From: a phage
NCBI GenBank assembly: GCA_012365435.1
Contig: GCA_012365435.1_4518.1
Length of the DNA stretch: 64,000 nt
Reading direction: 5' to 3' (one strand)
The translations under genes and the position numbers were made by a program. Shown here piece by piece: positions 31,142 to 42,000 of this stretch. Each line of letters opens with the position of its first letter. The stretch's first letter is position 1. Under the pieces are notes generated by a model. The model saw only the letters and a program-made list of their open reading frames with translations. It was not told where the DNA came from and did not search any database.

Positions 31142-32269
31142 ATGGAAAAATTTATGGCTAAGTTTGGACAAGGATACGTCCAAACGCCATTTTTATCGGA
31201 AAGCAATTCAGTACGATTTAAATTAAGCATAGCGGGCTCTTGCCCGCTATCAACATCTCCTGCTTATATTAAGTTCCAGGATAATCCACTTGGGTCCCAG
31301 GTTTTTTCCGTTGGATTAAACGTTCGTGTAATAAATCCTACAACAGGTGCAGTAGTTGAATCTAAGTCATATAATTTCTCTACTGAAAACGACGCCACGT
31401 CAAGTGCATTTGTTACTTTCATGGACACATATGCTTCAAATTTTATATTTGCTCTTGTTACTAATGCTAAAACAAACTTTCCACCTGAAGTTCTTGCATG
31501 GTTTACTAAAGCTGGGAGTTCTGCTATTCCATTAGCTCAACAAGTTTTAAATATAGTGGACATTTCTTATTCTGCATTTTATATTTCTGGTAAGAACGCT
31601 ATAGCATTAGAACATATTAAGTATAGTAATAAGAAAACTTCAACCAACTATAGTACACCACTTGATGTTGTGTACGACACGATCGATGATATTGGTGCTA
31701 CCGGCTTCCCTAGTCGTACGTACGAATCGACAGACACATTTTTATCTGCTGTTGGAGGTACTAATAATGAAATTAAAAGGATGCCTACAACGTCCATTAT
31801 TACACCTCTCGCTGGGTATAAATTGAAGCCTGGAGATTTCCTTTATATGAAATTCCAACTAATGGCCGATGCTGATTTGTTAGCACAAGGGACGACACGA
31901 CTTTCTATTCGTTTCTTTAAATCTCCTTCTACTTCACCTATTTCATTTAAGGATACAAACTTTGATGGGGCTGCAGGTGAATGGAAGATATATGAAGACT
32001 ATATAGAAATTCCTGCTGGTGCTGACGGGTTCACGATTTATTGTTATCGTACAGCTCCAGTCGGGCAAGGTGGATTAAGAAACGTTATATTCACTGAAGT
32101 ATCATGTAATGGAAGCGTTTCAAAACCTGCCGAGTTTGGTATAAACGGTATTCGTGTAAATTATGTTTCAGAATCTTTAAGTACCCCAGACATAATGACA
32201 CTACCTACTCAATCTTCAACTGATACTGGTAAGGTATTTGGACAAGAATTTAAAGAAGAATCAGAATAA
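31142..32269 (+). CDS. 35: Long tail fibre hinge protein gp35, 375 aa
   Basis: Position and length (T4 gp35 372 aa). Confidence 0.85.
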   Translation: MEKFMAKFGQGYVQTPFLSESNSVRFKLSIAGSCPLSTSPAYIKFQDNPLGSQVFSVGLNVRVINPTTGAVVESKSYNFSTENDATSSAFVTFMDTYASNFIFALVTNAKTNFPPEVLAWFTKAGSSAIPLAQQVLNIVDISYSAFYISGKNAIALEHIKYSNKKTSTNYSTPLDVVYDTIDDIGATGFPSRTYESTDTFLSAVGGTNNEIKRMPTTSIITPLAGYKLKPGDFLYMKFQLMADADLLAQGTTRLSIRFFKSPSTSPISFKDTNFDGAAGEWKIYEDYIEIPAGADGFTIYCYRTAPVGQGGLRNVIFTEVSCNGSVSKPAEFGINGIRVNYVSESLSTPDIMTLPTQSSTDTGKVFGQEFKEESE

Positions 32270-32274
32270 ATTTA

Positions 32275-32299
32275 GGGAGACTTCGGTCTCCCATTTTTG
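32275..32299 (+). terminator. UUCG-tetraloop terminator after gene 35
   Basis: gggagacttcggtctccc followed by atttttgt. Confidence 0.55.
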
Positions 32300-32307
32300 T
32301 ATAAATA
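32300..32307 (+). promoter_or_regulatory. Late promoter (TATAAATA) for gene 36
   Basis: Exact octamer about 25 nt upstream of gene 36 ATG. Confidence 0.7.
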
Positions 32308-32331
32308 TGGTATACATATAAGGAGACAACT

Positions 32332-32997
32332 ATGGCCGATTTAAAAGCTGGTAGTACAACTGGCGGTGCCGTTATATGGCATCAAGGTAATTTCCCTTTA
32401 ATGCCAGCAGGTGATGACGTCCTGTATAAAACGTTTAAACTCTATTCAGAATATAATAAACCACAAGCGGCTGATAACGATTTCGTTTCTAAAGCTAATG
32501 GTGGTACGTATGCCGCTCGAGTAACATTTAATAATGGTGTGCAAGTACCTTATGCCGTAAATAACACAAATCAAAGTGGTATTTATCCTGGCAATGGCGA
32601 TGCTGCTACTTTTGATACAGCAAATATTGATATTGTTTCATGGTATGGCATTGGTTTTAAATCATCACAAGGATCTGCAGGTAGAACTGTTGTTGTTAAC
32701 ACTCGTACTGGTGATATCAGCACTAAAGGTGGTATTTATGCAACTGGTCCTGTCCGTTCTAACGCTACTGCTCCGGTTGCAGCAAATGATCTCACAAGAA
32801 AAGATTATGTTGATGGACGAATAAATATTGTTACGGATAACGCAAATTCCCGTGTATTGCGTAAAGGCGATACCATGACTGGTACTTTAACAGCACCAAA
32901 CTTTTTCTCACAGAATCCGGCGTCTGAGGCTAATCATGTTCCTCGTTTCGACCAGATTGTAATTAAAGATTCTGTTCAAGATTTCGGCTATTATTAA
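32332..32997 (+). CDS. 36: Long tail fibre distal connector gp36, 221 aa
   Basis: Same length as T4 gp36, position. Confidence 0.88.
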   Translation: MADLKAGSTTGGAVIWHQGNFPLMPAGDDVLYKTFKLYSEYNKPQAADNDFVSKANGGTYAARVTFNNGVQVPYAVNNTNQSGIYPGNGDAATFDTANIDIVSWYGIGFKSSQGSAGRTVVVNTRTGDISTKGGIYATGPVRSNATAPVAANDLTRKDYVDGRINIVTDNANSRVLRKGDTMTGTLTAPNFFSQNPASEANHVPRFDQIVIKDSVQDFGYY

Positions 32998-33005
32998 GAG
33001 GACTT

Positions 33006-36000
33006 ATGGCTACATTAAAACAGATACAATTTAAAAGAAGCAAAGTAGCAGGAGTTAATCCTACTGCAGCACAATTAGCCGAAGGCGAATTAGCGATAAA
33101 CTTAAAAGATCGAACTCTTTTTACTAAAGATGACCTCGGTAATATTATTAGCCTAGGCTTTGCTAAGGGTGGGGATATTAACGGTAATGTAACTCAAAAC
33201 GGCGATTATACACAAACTGGAAAATTTAATTTAATTGGTCCGCAAATTGTAGCAAGCGGTGGATATATTGAGTTTAATTATCGTACGACTGGAAGCGGCT
33301 CGTGGTCTGGTCAACACGCTGCAAAAGCTCCAATTTTTGTAGATTTGAGCTCCGCTACTTCTACATCTGAATATAATCCTATAATTAAACAACGCTTTAA
33401 AGATGGAACTTTTTCATTAGGTACTTTAGTTTCTGAAGGTTCATTAAAATTCCATTACATTAATGAGGCAGGTGAATCTAAATATTGGACATTTGCGCGC
33501 TCAGGTAATTTTCAAGTTGATTCTGGTAATTTATTAGTATCTGGTGGGTATTTAGTCGCTCAGAATAATATTGAAACAAGAACAGGTTCTTTGATTGGTC
33601 CACAGGTTATTACTAAAAATATCAACTTGAGCTCTAAATCTTGGGCTACTAACACTGATATAGCTTATGACGTTGTTTCATTACCGACTTGGCAGTATAC
33701 TCCAACCGAAACGGATTTGGATACTAATGGTATAAACTACCTTCGTAAATTCCGCGGACATGTTTCTTCTGCTATTTTCCATGAAGTTGCTGATGCTCGT
33801 TCAGGTAAACCACAGAATATTTCGTATTGGACGGGACGTAATGCCGAAGTTTATCAATGGTCTTATACCACAGATGGGCGTATGTCTGTTGCTAATTCGA
33901 TAGGTATAGGTCTTGCTGATGTTGGTGACCAAGGACGTTATCCATTGGTTTCGTTTGGTAAAGGTATTGCAATTGGTGACAATGATACTGGTATTAAATG
34001 GGTTCGTGACGGTGTTATTGATTTGATTGCTAATGGTATTTCGTCCGGCACAATAATCAGTAATGGTATTAATAGTACAAAGAAATTGATGGTCGGTTAT
34101 AGTCGAGATTCTGGTTCTACTTGGGATTACCCAAATAACAACCAAGCAATGTTTACTGCGCGTACCGATGTTGATGGTAATAATAACGGCGATGGACAGA
34201 CTCATATCGGTTATAGCAGCAATGCCAAGATGTATCACTATTTCCGCGGTACAGGTCGTATGTCCGTTAGTATGGGCGATGGACTTCTTGTTGAGCCTGG
34301 CATTTTAGATATTAAAACCGGTTCTAATAGCGTTGCTATTAGAGCAGACGGAACAATTAACTCCACCCAACGTATTTCAATGCGTACGGGCTTGTTTTTA
34401 AATGGTGATGATAATACCAATGCTTTGTCATTTAAAGCGCCTACAGGTGTTGACGGGACAAAAACCATTACCTGGGATGCAGGTACTCGTAATGGTCAGA
34501 ATAAAAATACTGTAACCATTAAAGCATGGGGTAACTCATTTAACGCTGAAAAGGGCAATAGAGAAACTGTATTTGAAGTATCAGATTCACAAGGTTATTA
34601 TTTTTATGCTCAACGTACCAACCCGGCTTCTGGTGAAACAGTAGGTCCGGTTAACTTTAAATTTAACGGAACTGTCGAAACAGGCAATATCATAGGCCTT
34701 GGTAATATAAGTGCCTCCGGTACAGGTTCTTTTGGTGGCAATGTTACTATGTCTAACGGTTTGTTTGTCCAAGGTGGTTCTTCTATTACTGGACAAGTTA
34801 AAATTGGTGGAACAGCTGATGCATTAAGAATTTGGAATGCTGAATATGGCGCAATTTTCCGTCGTTCAGAAAGTAATCTTTATATTATCCCGACTCTTAA
34901 AGATGCTGGAGAATCAGGCGGTATAAGTAATCTTAGACCATTGATAATAGAACTGAACACTGGCACAGTTAAAATGTCGCATGATGTTCATTTAGGAGAT
35001 TCTGGATCTGGTACAGGATTATTACAAGTAAGTAATAGTCTTAAAACTATTAAAATGATATGTCCAGTAACTATTAATGAACGTAATGCAGCGCTTACTC
35101 TAGATTCTCCTTCATCTTCTTCTGCTAATTATTTACAGGGTTCTAAAGCTGGAACTAGATCGTGGTATGTTGGTCTCGGTGGCTCTGGAAATGATTTATC
35201 AGTTTATAGTCAATCTTATGGACATGGTCTTGTTATAAGCGATAATTTCGTGTCAATTAGTAAACCTCTTAAAGTTGGAAATGCACAACTAGGAACTGAC
35301 GGTAATATTACTGGTGGTTCTGGTAATTTTGCCAACTTAAATAGTACAATTGAATCACTTAAAACTGATATTGTCTCAAGTTATCCAATTGGTGCTCCGA
35401 TTCCTTGGCCTACTGATACACCTCCTGAAGGTTATGCCATAATGGAAGGTCAAACATTTGATGTCGACTTGTATCCTAAGTTAGCTGCAGTGTATCCTTC
35501 CGGCGCTCTGCCTGATATGCGTGGTCAAACTATCAAGGGTAAACCATCTGGGCGTGCTGTATTAAGTACAGAAGCAGACGGTGTTAAGTCACATAGCCAT
35601 AGTGCAAGTGCATCAAGCACAGATTTGGGTACTAAGACCACTTCTAGTTTTGATTACGGTAGCAAAACGACTTCAAGCTTTGATTATGGTACTAAAACCA
35701 GTAATACTACTGGTAACCATAGCCATACAGTGAGTGGTACTACGAGTACGGCAGGTAATCATAATCACAGAGACGGCCGTCGATTTAACCCCAGTATTTT
35801 TAAAGATACTTATCAATATGGTTATACAAGCTCAGGTCAAAATACCTGGGGTGTACAAGGCTCAGTAGGTATGTCTATGGGGTGGTTAGCTAATACCAGT
35901 ACAGATGGTAATCATAGCCATACTTGGTCAGGAACCACGAGTACTACAGGTAACCATGCTCATACAGTAGGTATTGGCGCCCATGCTCATACAGTGGGTA

Positions 36001-36125
36001 TTGGTGCTCATTCCCATACTGTTGCAATTGGTTCCCATGGACACACAATAACTGTAAATGCCACAGGAAATACAGAAAACACAGTTAAAAACGTTGCTTT
36101 TAACTATATCGTTCGTTTAGCATAA
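33006..36125 (+). CDS. 37: Long tail fibre distal subunit / receptor-binding protein gp37, 1039 aa
   Basis: Position, length, C-terminal His-X-His repeats ([21 protein letters not shown]) typical of the T4 gp37 tip. Confidence 0.95.
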   Translation: MATLKQIQFKRSKVAGVNPTAAQLAEGELAINLKDRTLFTKDDLGNIISLGFAKGGDINGNVTQNGDYTQTGKFNLIGPQIVASGGYIEFNYRTTGSGSWSGQHAAKAPIFVDLSSATSTSEYNPIIKQRFKDGTFSLGTLVSEGSLKFHYINEAGESKYWTFARSGNFQVDSGNLLVSGGYLVAQNNIETRTGSLIGPQVITKNINLSSKSWATNTDIAYDVVSLPTWQYTPTETDLDTNGINYLRKFRGHVSSAIFHEVADARSGKPQNISYWTGRNAEVYQWSYTTDGRMSVANSIGIGLADVGDQGRYPLVSFGKGIAIGDNDTGIKWVRDGVIDLIANGISSGTIISNGINSTKKLMVGYSRDSGSTWDYPNNNQAMFTARTDVDGNNNGDGQTHIGYSSNAKMYHYFRGTGRMSVSMGDGLLVEPGILDIKTGSNSVAIRADGTINSTQRISMRTGLFLNGDDNTNALSFKAPTGVDGTKTITWDAGTRNGQNKNTVTIKAWGNSFNAEKGNRETVFEVSDSQGYYFYAQRTNPASGETVGPVNFKFNGTVETGNIIGLGNISASGTGSFGGNVTMSNGLFVQGGSSITGQVKIGGTADALRIWNAEYGAIFRRSESNLYIIPTLKDAGESGGISNLRPLIIELNTGTVKMSHDVHLGDSGSGTGLLQVSNSLKTIKMICPVTINERNAALTLDSPSSSSANYLQGSKAGTRSWYVGLGGSGNDLSVYSQSYGHGLVISDNFVSISKPLKVGNAQLGTDGNITGGSGNFANLNSTIESLKTDIVSSYPIGAPIPWPTDTPPEGYAIMEGQTFDVDLYPKLAAVYPSGALPDMRGQTIKGKPSGRAVLSTEADGVKSHSHSASASSTDLGTKTTSSFDYGSKTTSSFDYGTKTSNTTGNHSHTVSGTTSTAGNHNHRDGRRFNPSIFKDTYQYGYTSSGQNTWGVQGSVGMSMGWLANTSTDGNHSHTWSGTTSTTGNHAHTVGIGAHAHTVGIGAHSHTVAIGSHGHTITVNATGNTENTVKNVAFNYIVRLA

Positions 36126-36130
36126 GGAGA

Positions 36131-36149
36131 AGGGACTTCTGTCCCTTTT
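36131..36149 (+). promoter_or_regulatory. Hairpin between SD-like ggag and the gene 38 AUG (split ribosome-binding site)
   Basis: gggacttctgtccc stem-loop followed by tttttataatATG; only SD-like sequence lies 5' of the hairpin. Confidence 0.45.
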
Positions 36150-36155
36150 TATAAT

Positions 36156-36707
36156 ATGAAACTCTATCACTATTATTTTGACACTAAAGAATTTTACAAA
36201 GAAGAAAATTATAAACCATTAAAAGGCGTAGGATTTCCGGCTCATTCAACACCAAAAAAACCTTTAGTCCCTAAAGAAGGCTATGCTGTTATATTTGACG
36301 AACGCGAGCAAGAATGGGTATATGTTGAAGACCATCGTGGAAAAACAGTATGGACTTATGATAAGCAAAAAATTGTTATTGACACTCCAGGTGCTCTTCA
36401 AAATGTTACTACAGAAGAACCTGGCGAATTTGACATTTGGACCGGCGACGGGTGGAAGGAAGATGAAGCATATAAACGCGTAGTTCAACGTGATAAGAAA
36501 ATTCATGAACTCTATAAATTATTCAGTGTTTTAAGTTCTCTTATTGACGCAGAGGTTGCTAATAGAGAAGAAAAACGAAAATTTAAAGAGCTCAAAAAAT
36601 TCTTTGCCCTTTTAGAAAAACATGAACATCTTGGCGGTGAATTCCCTAAATTCCCTGACCTTGAAAACAAATCTATTGTCAAAGCGATTATAAATATCTT
36701 TAAGTAA
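36156..36707 (+). CDS. 38: Tail fibre assembly chaperone gp38 (T4 type), 183 aa
   Basis: Same length and N-terminus MKLYHYYFDTKEFYKEENYKP as T4 gp38. Confidence 0.9.
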   Translation: MKLYHYYFDTKEFYKEENYKPLKGVGFPAHSTPKKPLVPKEGYAVIFDEREQEWVYVEDHRGKTVWTYDKQKIVIDTPGALQNVTTEEPGEFDIWTGDGWKEDEAYKRVVQRDKKIHELYKLFSVLSSLIDAEVANREEKRKFKELKKFFALLEKHEHLGGEFPKFPDLENKSIVKAIINIFK

Positions 36708-36716
36708 GGAGGTATT

Positions 36717-37376
36717 ATGGCAACACCAAAAGTATCATTTTCGCCTAGTGATATTCTATTTGGGTTGCTAGATCGTATTTTCAAAGATAACGCTACTGGA
36801 AAGGTTTTAATGTCTCGAGTAGCGGTAATTATTCTTTTGTTCCTAATGGCACTAATATGGTACAAAGGAAGTATTTTGCTGGATTATTATGTAAGAGCTA
36901 AGTATGATACTTATACTGAAATAATCCAAAAAGAACGAGCTTTACGTTTTGAATCTGCGGCTCTAGAACAACTGCAAATAGTTCATATCTCATCTGGTGC
37001 AGATTTTAGTGCTGTGTATTCTTTCAGACCTAAAAACTTAAATTATTTTGTCGACCTTATAGCTTATGAAGGCAAACTACCTAGCACAATTTCTGAAAAG
37101 TCCCTTGGCGGATTCCCAGTGGATAAAACGGCCGATGAATATATAATTCATTTAAGTGGCCGTCATTTCTCGTCTAAATCAGAATTTGCATTTTTGCCTA
37201 CAAAATCTAAAACTGCCGAACTTTCTTATATGTATAGTTGTCCATACTTTAATTTGGATAACATCTATGCTGGAACTGTGACGATGTATTGGTATAAGGG
37301 GAATAATATACTTGAGGAAGATCGCTTAGCGGCTATATGCAACCAAGCGGTCCGAATACTAGGAAGGGCTAAATAA
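36717..37376 (+). CDS. t: Holin t, 219 aa
   Basis: Close match to T4 holin, single TMD near N-terminus. Confidence 0.93.
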   Translation: MATPKVSFSPSDILFGLLDRIFKDNATGKVLMSRVAVIILLFLMALIWYKGSILLDYYVRAKYDTYTEIIQKERALRFESAALEQLQIVHISSGADFSAVYSFRPKNLNYFVDLIAYEGKLPSTISEKSLGGFPVDKTADEYIIHLSGRHFSSKSEFAFLPTKSKTAELSYMYSCPYFNLDNIYAGTVTMYWYKGNNILEEDRLAAICNQAVRILGRAK

Positions 37377-37649
37377 TTAGTTGTTAGAATACATCGCTAA
37401 ATGACGATAAATATTTTCAAAACCTTCATTGAATTCACTAATCAGTGTTTTCTTTTCTTCGGCAGTTAAATTTGTAATTAGTTTTCTAAAAGAATTCTGA
37501 TTTAGCTGCCGACCATCTTTTTTAATTCCAATCTCATTCAAGAATCCGATGAAACTTGCTCGGTCTTCAACAATATCTTCCCTAGAGAATTTAATCAAAA
37601 TAGAAGCAATAGTAATAATTTCACGTACGATTTCAATGTCTTTATTCAT
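37377..37649 (-). CDS. asiA: Anti-sigma-70 factor AsiA, 90 aa
   Basis: Same length, close match to T4 AsiA. Confidence 0.92.
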   Translation of the reverse strand: MNKDIEIVREIITIASILIKFSREDIVEDRASFIGFLNEIGIKKDGRQLNQNSFRKLITNLTAEEKKTLISEFNEGFENIYRHLAMYSNN

Positions 37650-37695
37650 AACGTTTTATTCATTCCACTTAATTGATAGGAGTATAGTACCATTA

Positions 37696-37911
37696 TCAGT
37701 GTTGATTGTAAACGGCTTTTTCTACGCTTTTAACGTAATCAATGTAGTCTTCCTGTTCATACGAGTGTAAGACCAAGAATTGAACTAATAGTTCATTATA
37801 GACTAAAGCCTCACGCTCACGTTCGGCCTCTACTACGTTCTGAAGATTATGACTCATATCGTTCCTTATAACTATCAATATAGTCCTGTATGTCGAAAAA
37901 CGACATTTCAT
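37696..37911 (-). CDS. Hypothetical protein, 71 aa
   Basis: ORF. Confidence 0.4.
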   Translation of the reverse strand: MKCRFSTYRTILIVIRNDMSHNLQNVVEAEREREALVYNELLVQFLVLHSYEQEDYIDYVKSVEKAVYNQH

Positions 37912-38146
37912 ATTCTAGGGCGTTAAGAGCCCGTTCTTCAGTATAGTCAGAACCAAAGACGATAGTGATTTCACCAGGCTTCATATGATTGAAATCGACA
38001 CTAAAAGGAATACGAGAACATACTTCGTCTGCCATATCTACGATAACACTACGACACACTTCTCGGTTAACCTGATAAAGCTCTGCAAGTTCTTCACATC
38101 GAATAACAAGTTCAGTGGCAGGATTTTCTTTGATTTTAGTAAGCAT
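37847..38146 (-). CDS. Hypothetical acidic protein, 99 aa (Arn position)
   Basis: ORF in asiA-motA interval; acidic composition; identity with Arn not verifiable here. Confidence 0.4.
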   Translation of the reverse strand: MLTKIKENPATELVIRCEELAELYQVNREVCRSVIVDMADEVCSRIPFSVDFNHMKPGEITIVFGSDYTEERALNALEYEMSFFDIQDYIDSYKERYES

Positions 38147-38220
38147 AGTCTTTACCCTTATGTTTTTGTTTACGTTTAGATTGAAGTTCTGATTTCTTTT
38201 TGTCCTTATGGACGGAAGCC

Positions 38221-38448
38221 TTATTGAAATCGTGTTTTGCTACAAGATTGTTCATAATGATTTATAACCTCATTTAAACATTTGTCTGTGAAAGAAAACT
38301 TTTTAGCCACAGAACATTCGATAATGTGCTCTTTCAAATCTTTAGAGTCAGTATAACCCATCTCAGTAATAAAGTGGCGAATTAAAGCTTTATTCTTATC
38401 ATTAACAGAATTAAAATAATCTGCTTTAGAATCAATTATTCTCATCAT
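38221..38448 (-). CDS. Hypothetical protein, 75 aa
   Basis: ORF. Confidence 0.45.
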   Translation of the reverse strand: MMRIIDSKADYFNSVNDKNKALIRHFITEMGYTDSKDLKEHIIECSVAKKFSFTDKCLNEVINHYEQSCSKTRFQ

Positions 38449-38713
38449 CTAATTTCCTTAATTGATACTGCAACGAGCTAATAATTTCTTCGTTCATTTT
38501 AATATACATGTCGCGCAAGAAAGGTTTTAACCCATCACGAATAATTGCTAACGTATCACCTTTACATAAATTAACCAAATAAGGATGGTCTAAAGCATCC
38601 CAACCAGGCTGATTAGCATACATACCATAATTTTCTTCCATCATAGCATTCAGGCGTTTGATATGATTAATGTTGGCTTCAATAGCATCAATCTGGAGTT
38701 GTTTAAGATTCAT
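38432..38713 (-). CDS. Hypothetical protein, 93 aa
   Basis: ORF. Confidence 0.45.
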   Translation of the reverse strand: MNLKQLQIDAIEANINHIKRLNAMMEENYGMYANQPGWDALDHPYLVNLCKGDTLAIIRDGLKPFLRDMYIKMNEEIISSLQYQLRKLDDENN

Positions 38714-39174
38714 TAGTAAAGGTCCTCAGAGTAAAGTTCTTTTTCATTACCACCACGTTCAATACGTACTTGTCCAGCGTAAGTTGCAATAATCATTGCT
38801 TCTTCACGTGTCCAATAATTACTATATTGGTCAATAAACCCTTGGTCATCATCACAAACTTGTTGAGTAACTAATTGAGGTTTAACTACATCTAAAACTT
38901 CTGCCATATCTTTAGAATAATGACGAGCACCTGGAATAATAAGAGTTCGTCCATCTTTTAATTTAAACCGGTTGGCTGCGCAGACAATTCGTCGTTGATA
39001 CTTTTGGTTTTCATCCCAATACAGAGTCTGCCAACAGATTTCAGGAACTTCATCTAAAACATTTTGTTCTGTATATTCACCACCGTAAGAAGCTAATTTA
39101 GCAGCCAGACTTTCCGGAGTCTCACGCGACAAAGCTTTATCTAACAGAGCTAAACGTTCTTTAAAAGTTTTCAT
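38713..39174 (-). CDS. Hypothetical protein, 153 aa
   Basis: ORF with stop/start overlap to neighbours. Confidence 0.5.
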   Translation of the reverse strand: MKTFKERLALLDKALSRETPESLAAKLASYGGEYTEQNVLDEVPEICWQTLYWDENQKYQRRIVCAANRFKLKDGRTLIIPGARHYSKDMAEVLDVVKPQLVTQQVCDDDQGFIDQYSNYWTREEAMIIATYAGQVRIERGGNEKELYSEDLY

Positions 39175-39500
39175 TTAAACCATTCCTTAATACGTTGCCA
39201 AATAGATTTTTGTGCTTGTTTATTTACACCAATCGAACGAATAACCGGTTGTGACTGCTGATATTCTTTATAATCTTCTTTATAGATTTCGTAAGCTGCA
39301 TCAACAAATGAACTGATCGCTGCCATAAAGTTTTTACGAAGACCAAATGGCGCGTCATTATTTTCACGAATAACCGTATATTGGCCTGCTTTAATCTTTA
39401 CAATTGTCCCTAAATAAGCCCCGTGATACCAAATATCCCATCCTTCCTGAGTAGGTTCTGCACATTTACGAAGTTCGTTAATAATATTCAGCTTATTCAT
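39171..39500 (-). CDS. Hypothetical protein, 109 aa
   Basis: ORF. Confidence 0.5.
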   Translation of the reverse strand: MNKLNIINELRKCAEPTQEGWDIWYHGAYLGTIVKIKAGQYTVIRENNDAPFGLRKNFMAAISSFVDAAYEIYKEDYKEYQQSQPVIRSIGVNKQAQKSIWQRIKEWFK

Positions 39501-39510
39501 TATGTATTCC

Positions 39511-40143
39511 TCACAGTACGTTAGTTACAAGGGTAATGATTTCTTTAGACACATTAGGGAAGTCGATGTAAGTATATTTACCACCGATCTTAATCTTAAC
39601 ATCATTTTCAAGAGAAGTAAACAGCTTTGATTCAGTTTCTGACATGTTGTATGCAAAGATTCTAAGAGAACCATCTCGACGAATTTCAATTTGGCGAATG
39701 CCTAGAACTCGTTTAGCGAATCGAACTTCTAAGTTACTACGGTTTTCACCAATTTCTTTAACTTCAACTTTATCTTTAATATTTTCAAAAACAAAGTTTG
39801 CTAATTCATGCATTTCAGGAGTAACTCCACGTGCTTTTCTGGTGTTACGTTTCTGAAGAAGTTCTGGAGCATTTTCTTGAGCAAATAGGTCTGCAGCTTT
39901 TTGGATAATATCCATTGCTTCGCCTGTTGCTACAAGTCCATCACCGGATTTTTCGACTAAACCTTTCTTAATCAATACACCAATGTTAGAGTTAACAACC
40001 GATGCATTGTATTCTGCTTCCAGAGCTTCACGGACATTGGCAGCAGTGGTGAAGTTGTTCTTAATGATATAAACCATTATTGCAGCAGTTTTTTCATTCA
40101 GAGCGTTTTCAGAAGCTTTGATGATGTAAGTAACTTTAGACAT
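39511..40143 (-). CDS. motA: Middle transcription activator MotA, 211 aa (start at MSKVTYIIK)
   Basis: Strong match to T4 MotA from the internal Met; listed ORF has a 20-codon upstream extension. Confidence 0.88.
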   Translation of the reverse strand: MSKVTYIIKASENALNEKTAAIMVYIIKNNFTTAANVREALEAEYNASVVNSNIGVLIKKGLVEKSGDGLVATGEAMDIIQKAADLFAQENAPELLQKRNTRKARGVTPEMHELANFVFENIKDKVEVKEIGENRSNLEVRFAKRVLGIRQIEIRRDGSLRIFAYNMSETESKLFTSLENDVKIKIGGKYTYIDFPNVSKEIITLVTNVL

Positions 40144-40174
40144 TTTATTTCTCCAATTTGGTTGTTTTGTTTTG

Positions 40175-40211
40175 ATAGGTCTATAATATCGTGTTTGAAG
40201 CAAAAGTAAAC
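40175..40211 (-). promoter_or_regulatory. Early promoter for motA
   Basis: - strand GTTTAC, 17 nt, TATTAT. Confidence 0.5.
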
Positions 40212-40220
40212 TGTTTTTGT

Positions 40221-40255
40221 GAGAAAAAAATGCACAAAAGGGAGCTTCGGCTCCC
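40221..40255 (-). terminator. Hairpin plus U-run terminator downstream of gene 52
   Basis: gggagcttcggctccc with A-run on + strand (U-run on - strand). Confidence 0.55.
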
Positions 40256-40331
40256 TAATCATGTTTGTCCAACCAATACAGCCAAATCACTAGTGCAGCT
40301 ATTGCACCGAGAAATCCTAAGGCTAGGGCAC

Positions 40332-41657
40332 TCAAAGTGCCTCCAAGTCTTTAGTGTACTCTGTCACAACATCAGTAGACTTCCAATACTCATTTTCTTC
40401 TTTCTTAGCTTTAGCTTCTTCTGCTAGTTTACGTGCTTCGTCGGAAGTGATATGGAAGATGTTAAGACCCACCAGTTTATCGACATGTTCTTTGTACATT
40501 TCGATTTGTGCTAGCTCTTCAGTCAAAGCTTTACGAGTCTTGCCCTGAATCACGATTTCACCGTTGATAACTTTTTTGATGAAGTGTGCCTTAGCAAAAG
40601 CCAGTTTAAATGCTTTTTCAGATTCAAGGATTTTGTTGTCAATACGTTTCTGAACGTAAGTCTTACGGACTTCAACAAAATCTTTGATTAAGTCTACTAC
40701 ATTATCGTAGACCGCTAATTTACCCTTTTCATTAATCACTGTGATGTTTTGTGAACGACGTTCGATGAGACTAAAATCTTTCATGATTTTTTCATGACGT
40801 AGCTCTTCGTCATCTGGAAGCGAGTACTCTTTACGGAACTTCACCTTAAACCCAAAGCCGTGTTCACCACAATCATCTTCCCATGAGATTAGACCTTTGT
40901 CTTCCAACGGGTCAAGAACTTTACTCACATACGTTTCACGGTCGAATTTATATGGGATTTCAGTTATCTGCATTTGAGTACGAGATGTGAACTTGTATGT
41001 TCCGTGAATCTCATAACGCCCATCAACTTCATGCACTTCACCACGGAATTCCGGGAATTCAACTTTTGGCTTAATGACATTTTTACCTTGAAGAGCTTGT
41101 AATACAGCCTTTTTGACCGATTTAAAACTATGAGGCAGAATATTTGTTGCGTAACCGGTTGCAATACCAGAGACGCCATTCAAAAGAACTGTCGGAATAA
41201 TAGGAAGATAGAATTTTGGTGGAACGTGTTCTTTATCTTCATGAGCTGGAGCATATTCAGTATCTTTATATACGTTATAGAAATTTTTACTTACACGAGC
41301 AAAAATATAACGAGATGCTGCAGCTTTTTGGACTGTTCTAGAACCAAAGTTGCCTTGGCCATCTAACAGTGGATAGTTGTTGTTCCATGTGTTAGCCATC
41401 AATGCACCTGCATCTTGTGCAGAAGATTCACCATGGTGATAACCTAAATCTGCAACACCGCCTGCAATTGACGCAAGTTTATGAAATTTTTCTTTATTAC
41501 CACGAGCCAAATCTAACGCACGATGGACCACAAAACGTTGAACCGGCTTAAATCCATCAATCATGTTTGGGATTGCACGGTTTTCAACGGTGTACATCGC
41601 ATATGCTAAGGCTTCGTTATCAATAATACTTTTTAGATTACGAGAATTCAATTGCAT
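40332..41657 (-). CDS. 52: DNA topoisomerase II medium subunit gp52, 441 aa
   Basis: Close match to T4 gp52. Confidence 0.93.
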   Translation of the reverse strand: MQLNSRNLKSIIDNEALAYAMYTVENRAIPNMIDGFKPVQRFVVHRALDLARGNKEKFHKLASIAGGVADLGYHHGESSAQDAGALMANTWNNNYPLLDGQGNFGSRTVQKAAASRYIFARVSKNFYNVYKDTEYAPAHEDKEHVPPKFYLPIIPTVLLNGVSGIATGYATNILPHSFKSVKKAVLQALQGKNVIKPKVEFPEFRGEVHEVDGRYEIHGTYKFTSRTQMQITEIPYKFDRETYVSKVLDPLEDKGLISWEDDCGEHGFGFKVKFRKEYSLPDDEELRHEKIMKDFSLIERRSQNITVINEKGKLAVYDNVVDLIKDFVEVRKTYVQKRIDNKILESEKAFKLAFAKAHFIKKVINGEIVIQGKTRKALTEELAQIEMYKEHVDKLVGLNIFHITSDEARKLAEEAKAKKEENEYWKSTDVVTEYTKDLEAL

Positions 41658-41661
41658 ATTT

Positions 41662-41802
41662 TCACCATATTAATGAACGAATATCCATTATAACATCTGA
41701 AATGAAAAGCACTACTTGGATTAGTCCAAACATCACACCGTAGTACAGAACCGTAAGCAACAGCAGGAGCCCGAAGGCTCCTGCTAAGATTTTCTTAATC
41801 AT
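41662..41802 (-). CDS. Small hydrophobic protein, 46 aa
   Basis: Sub-cutoff ORF with TAATG stop/start overlap to the upstream small ORF. Confidence 0.35.
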   Translation of the reverse strand: MIKKILAGAFGLLLLLTVLYYGVMFGLIQVVLFISDVIMDIRSLIW

Positions 41803-41948
41803 TACTCGCCTTTTAACACGTTAAGAAGAGCTAAGACCGCTAAGGTACCTTGTGATACCGCCTGTTGAAATACTGTTGTTTCGCCTGTAACTAAAGTGTT
41901 AACGAATAAAAACGACCAACACAGCAATGCAATAATCCATGCTACCAT
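41802..41948 (-). CDS. Small membrane protein, 48 aa (possible ac homologue)
   Basis: Sub-cutoff ORF MVAWIIALLCWSFLF...; position between 52 and ndd where T4 has ac and stp. Confidence 0.35.
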   Translation of the reverse strand: MVAWIIALLCWSFLFVNTLVTGETTVFQQAVSQGTLAVLALLNVLKGE

Positions 41949-42000
41949 TTTAATTACCTCAAAAATAAATTAAAGGCCTAACTTAATAGGCCTGTATAAA

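Noticed and set aside
33801-34796. - strand ORFs inside gene 37
   Set aside because: Antisense to the long tail fibre gene; composition typical of the reverse frame of Gly/Thr-rich coding sequence
35600-36060. Short direct repeats in the gene 37 3' end as a possible CRISPR array
   Set aside because: Repeats are in-frame coding repeats (His boxes and [10 protein letters not shown] units) without regular repeat-spacer periodicity
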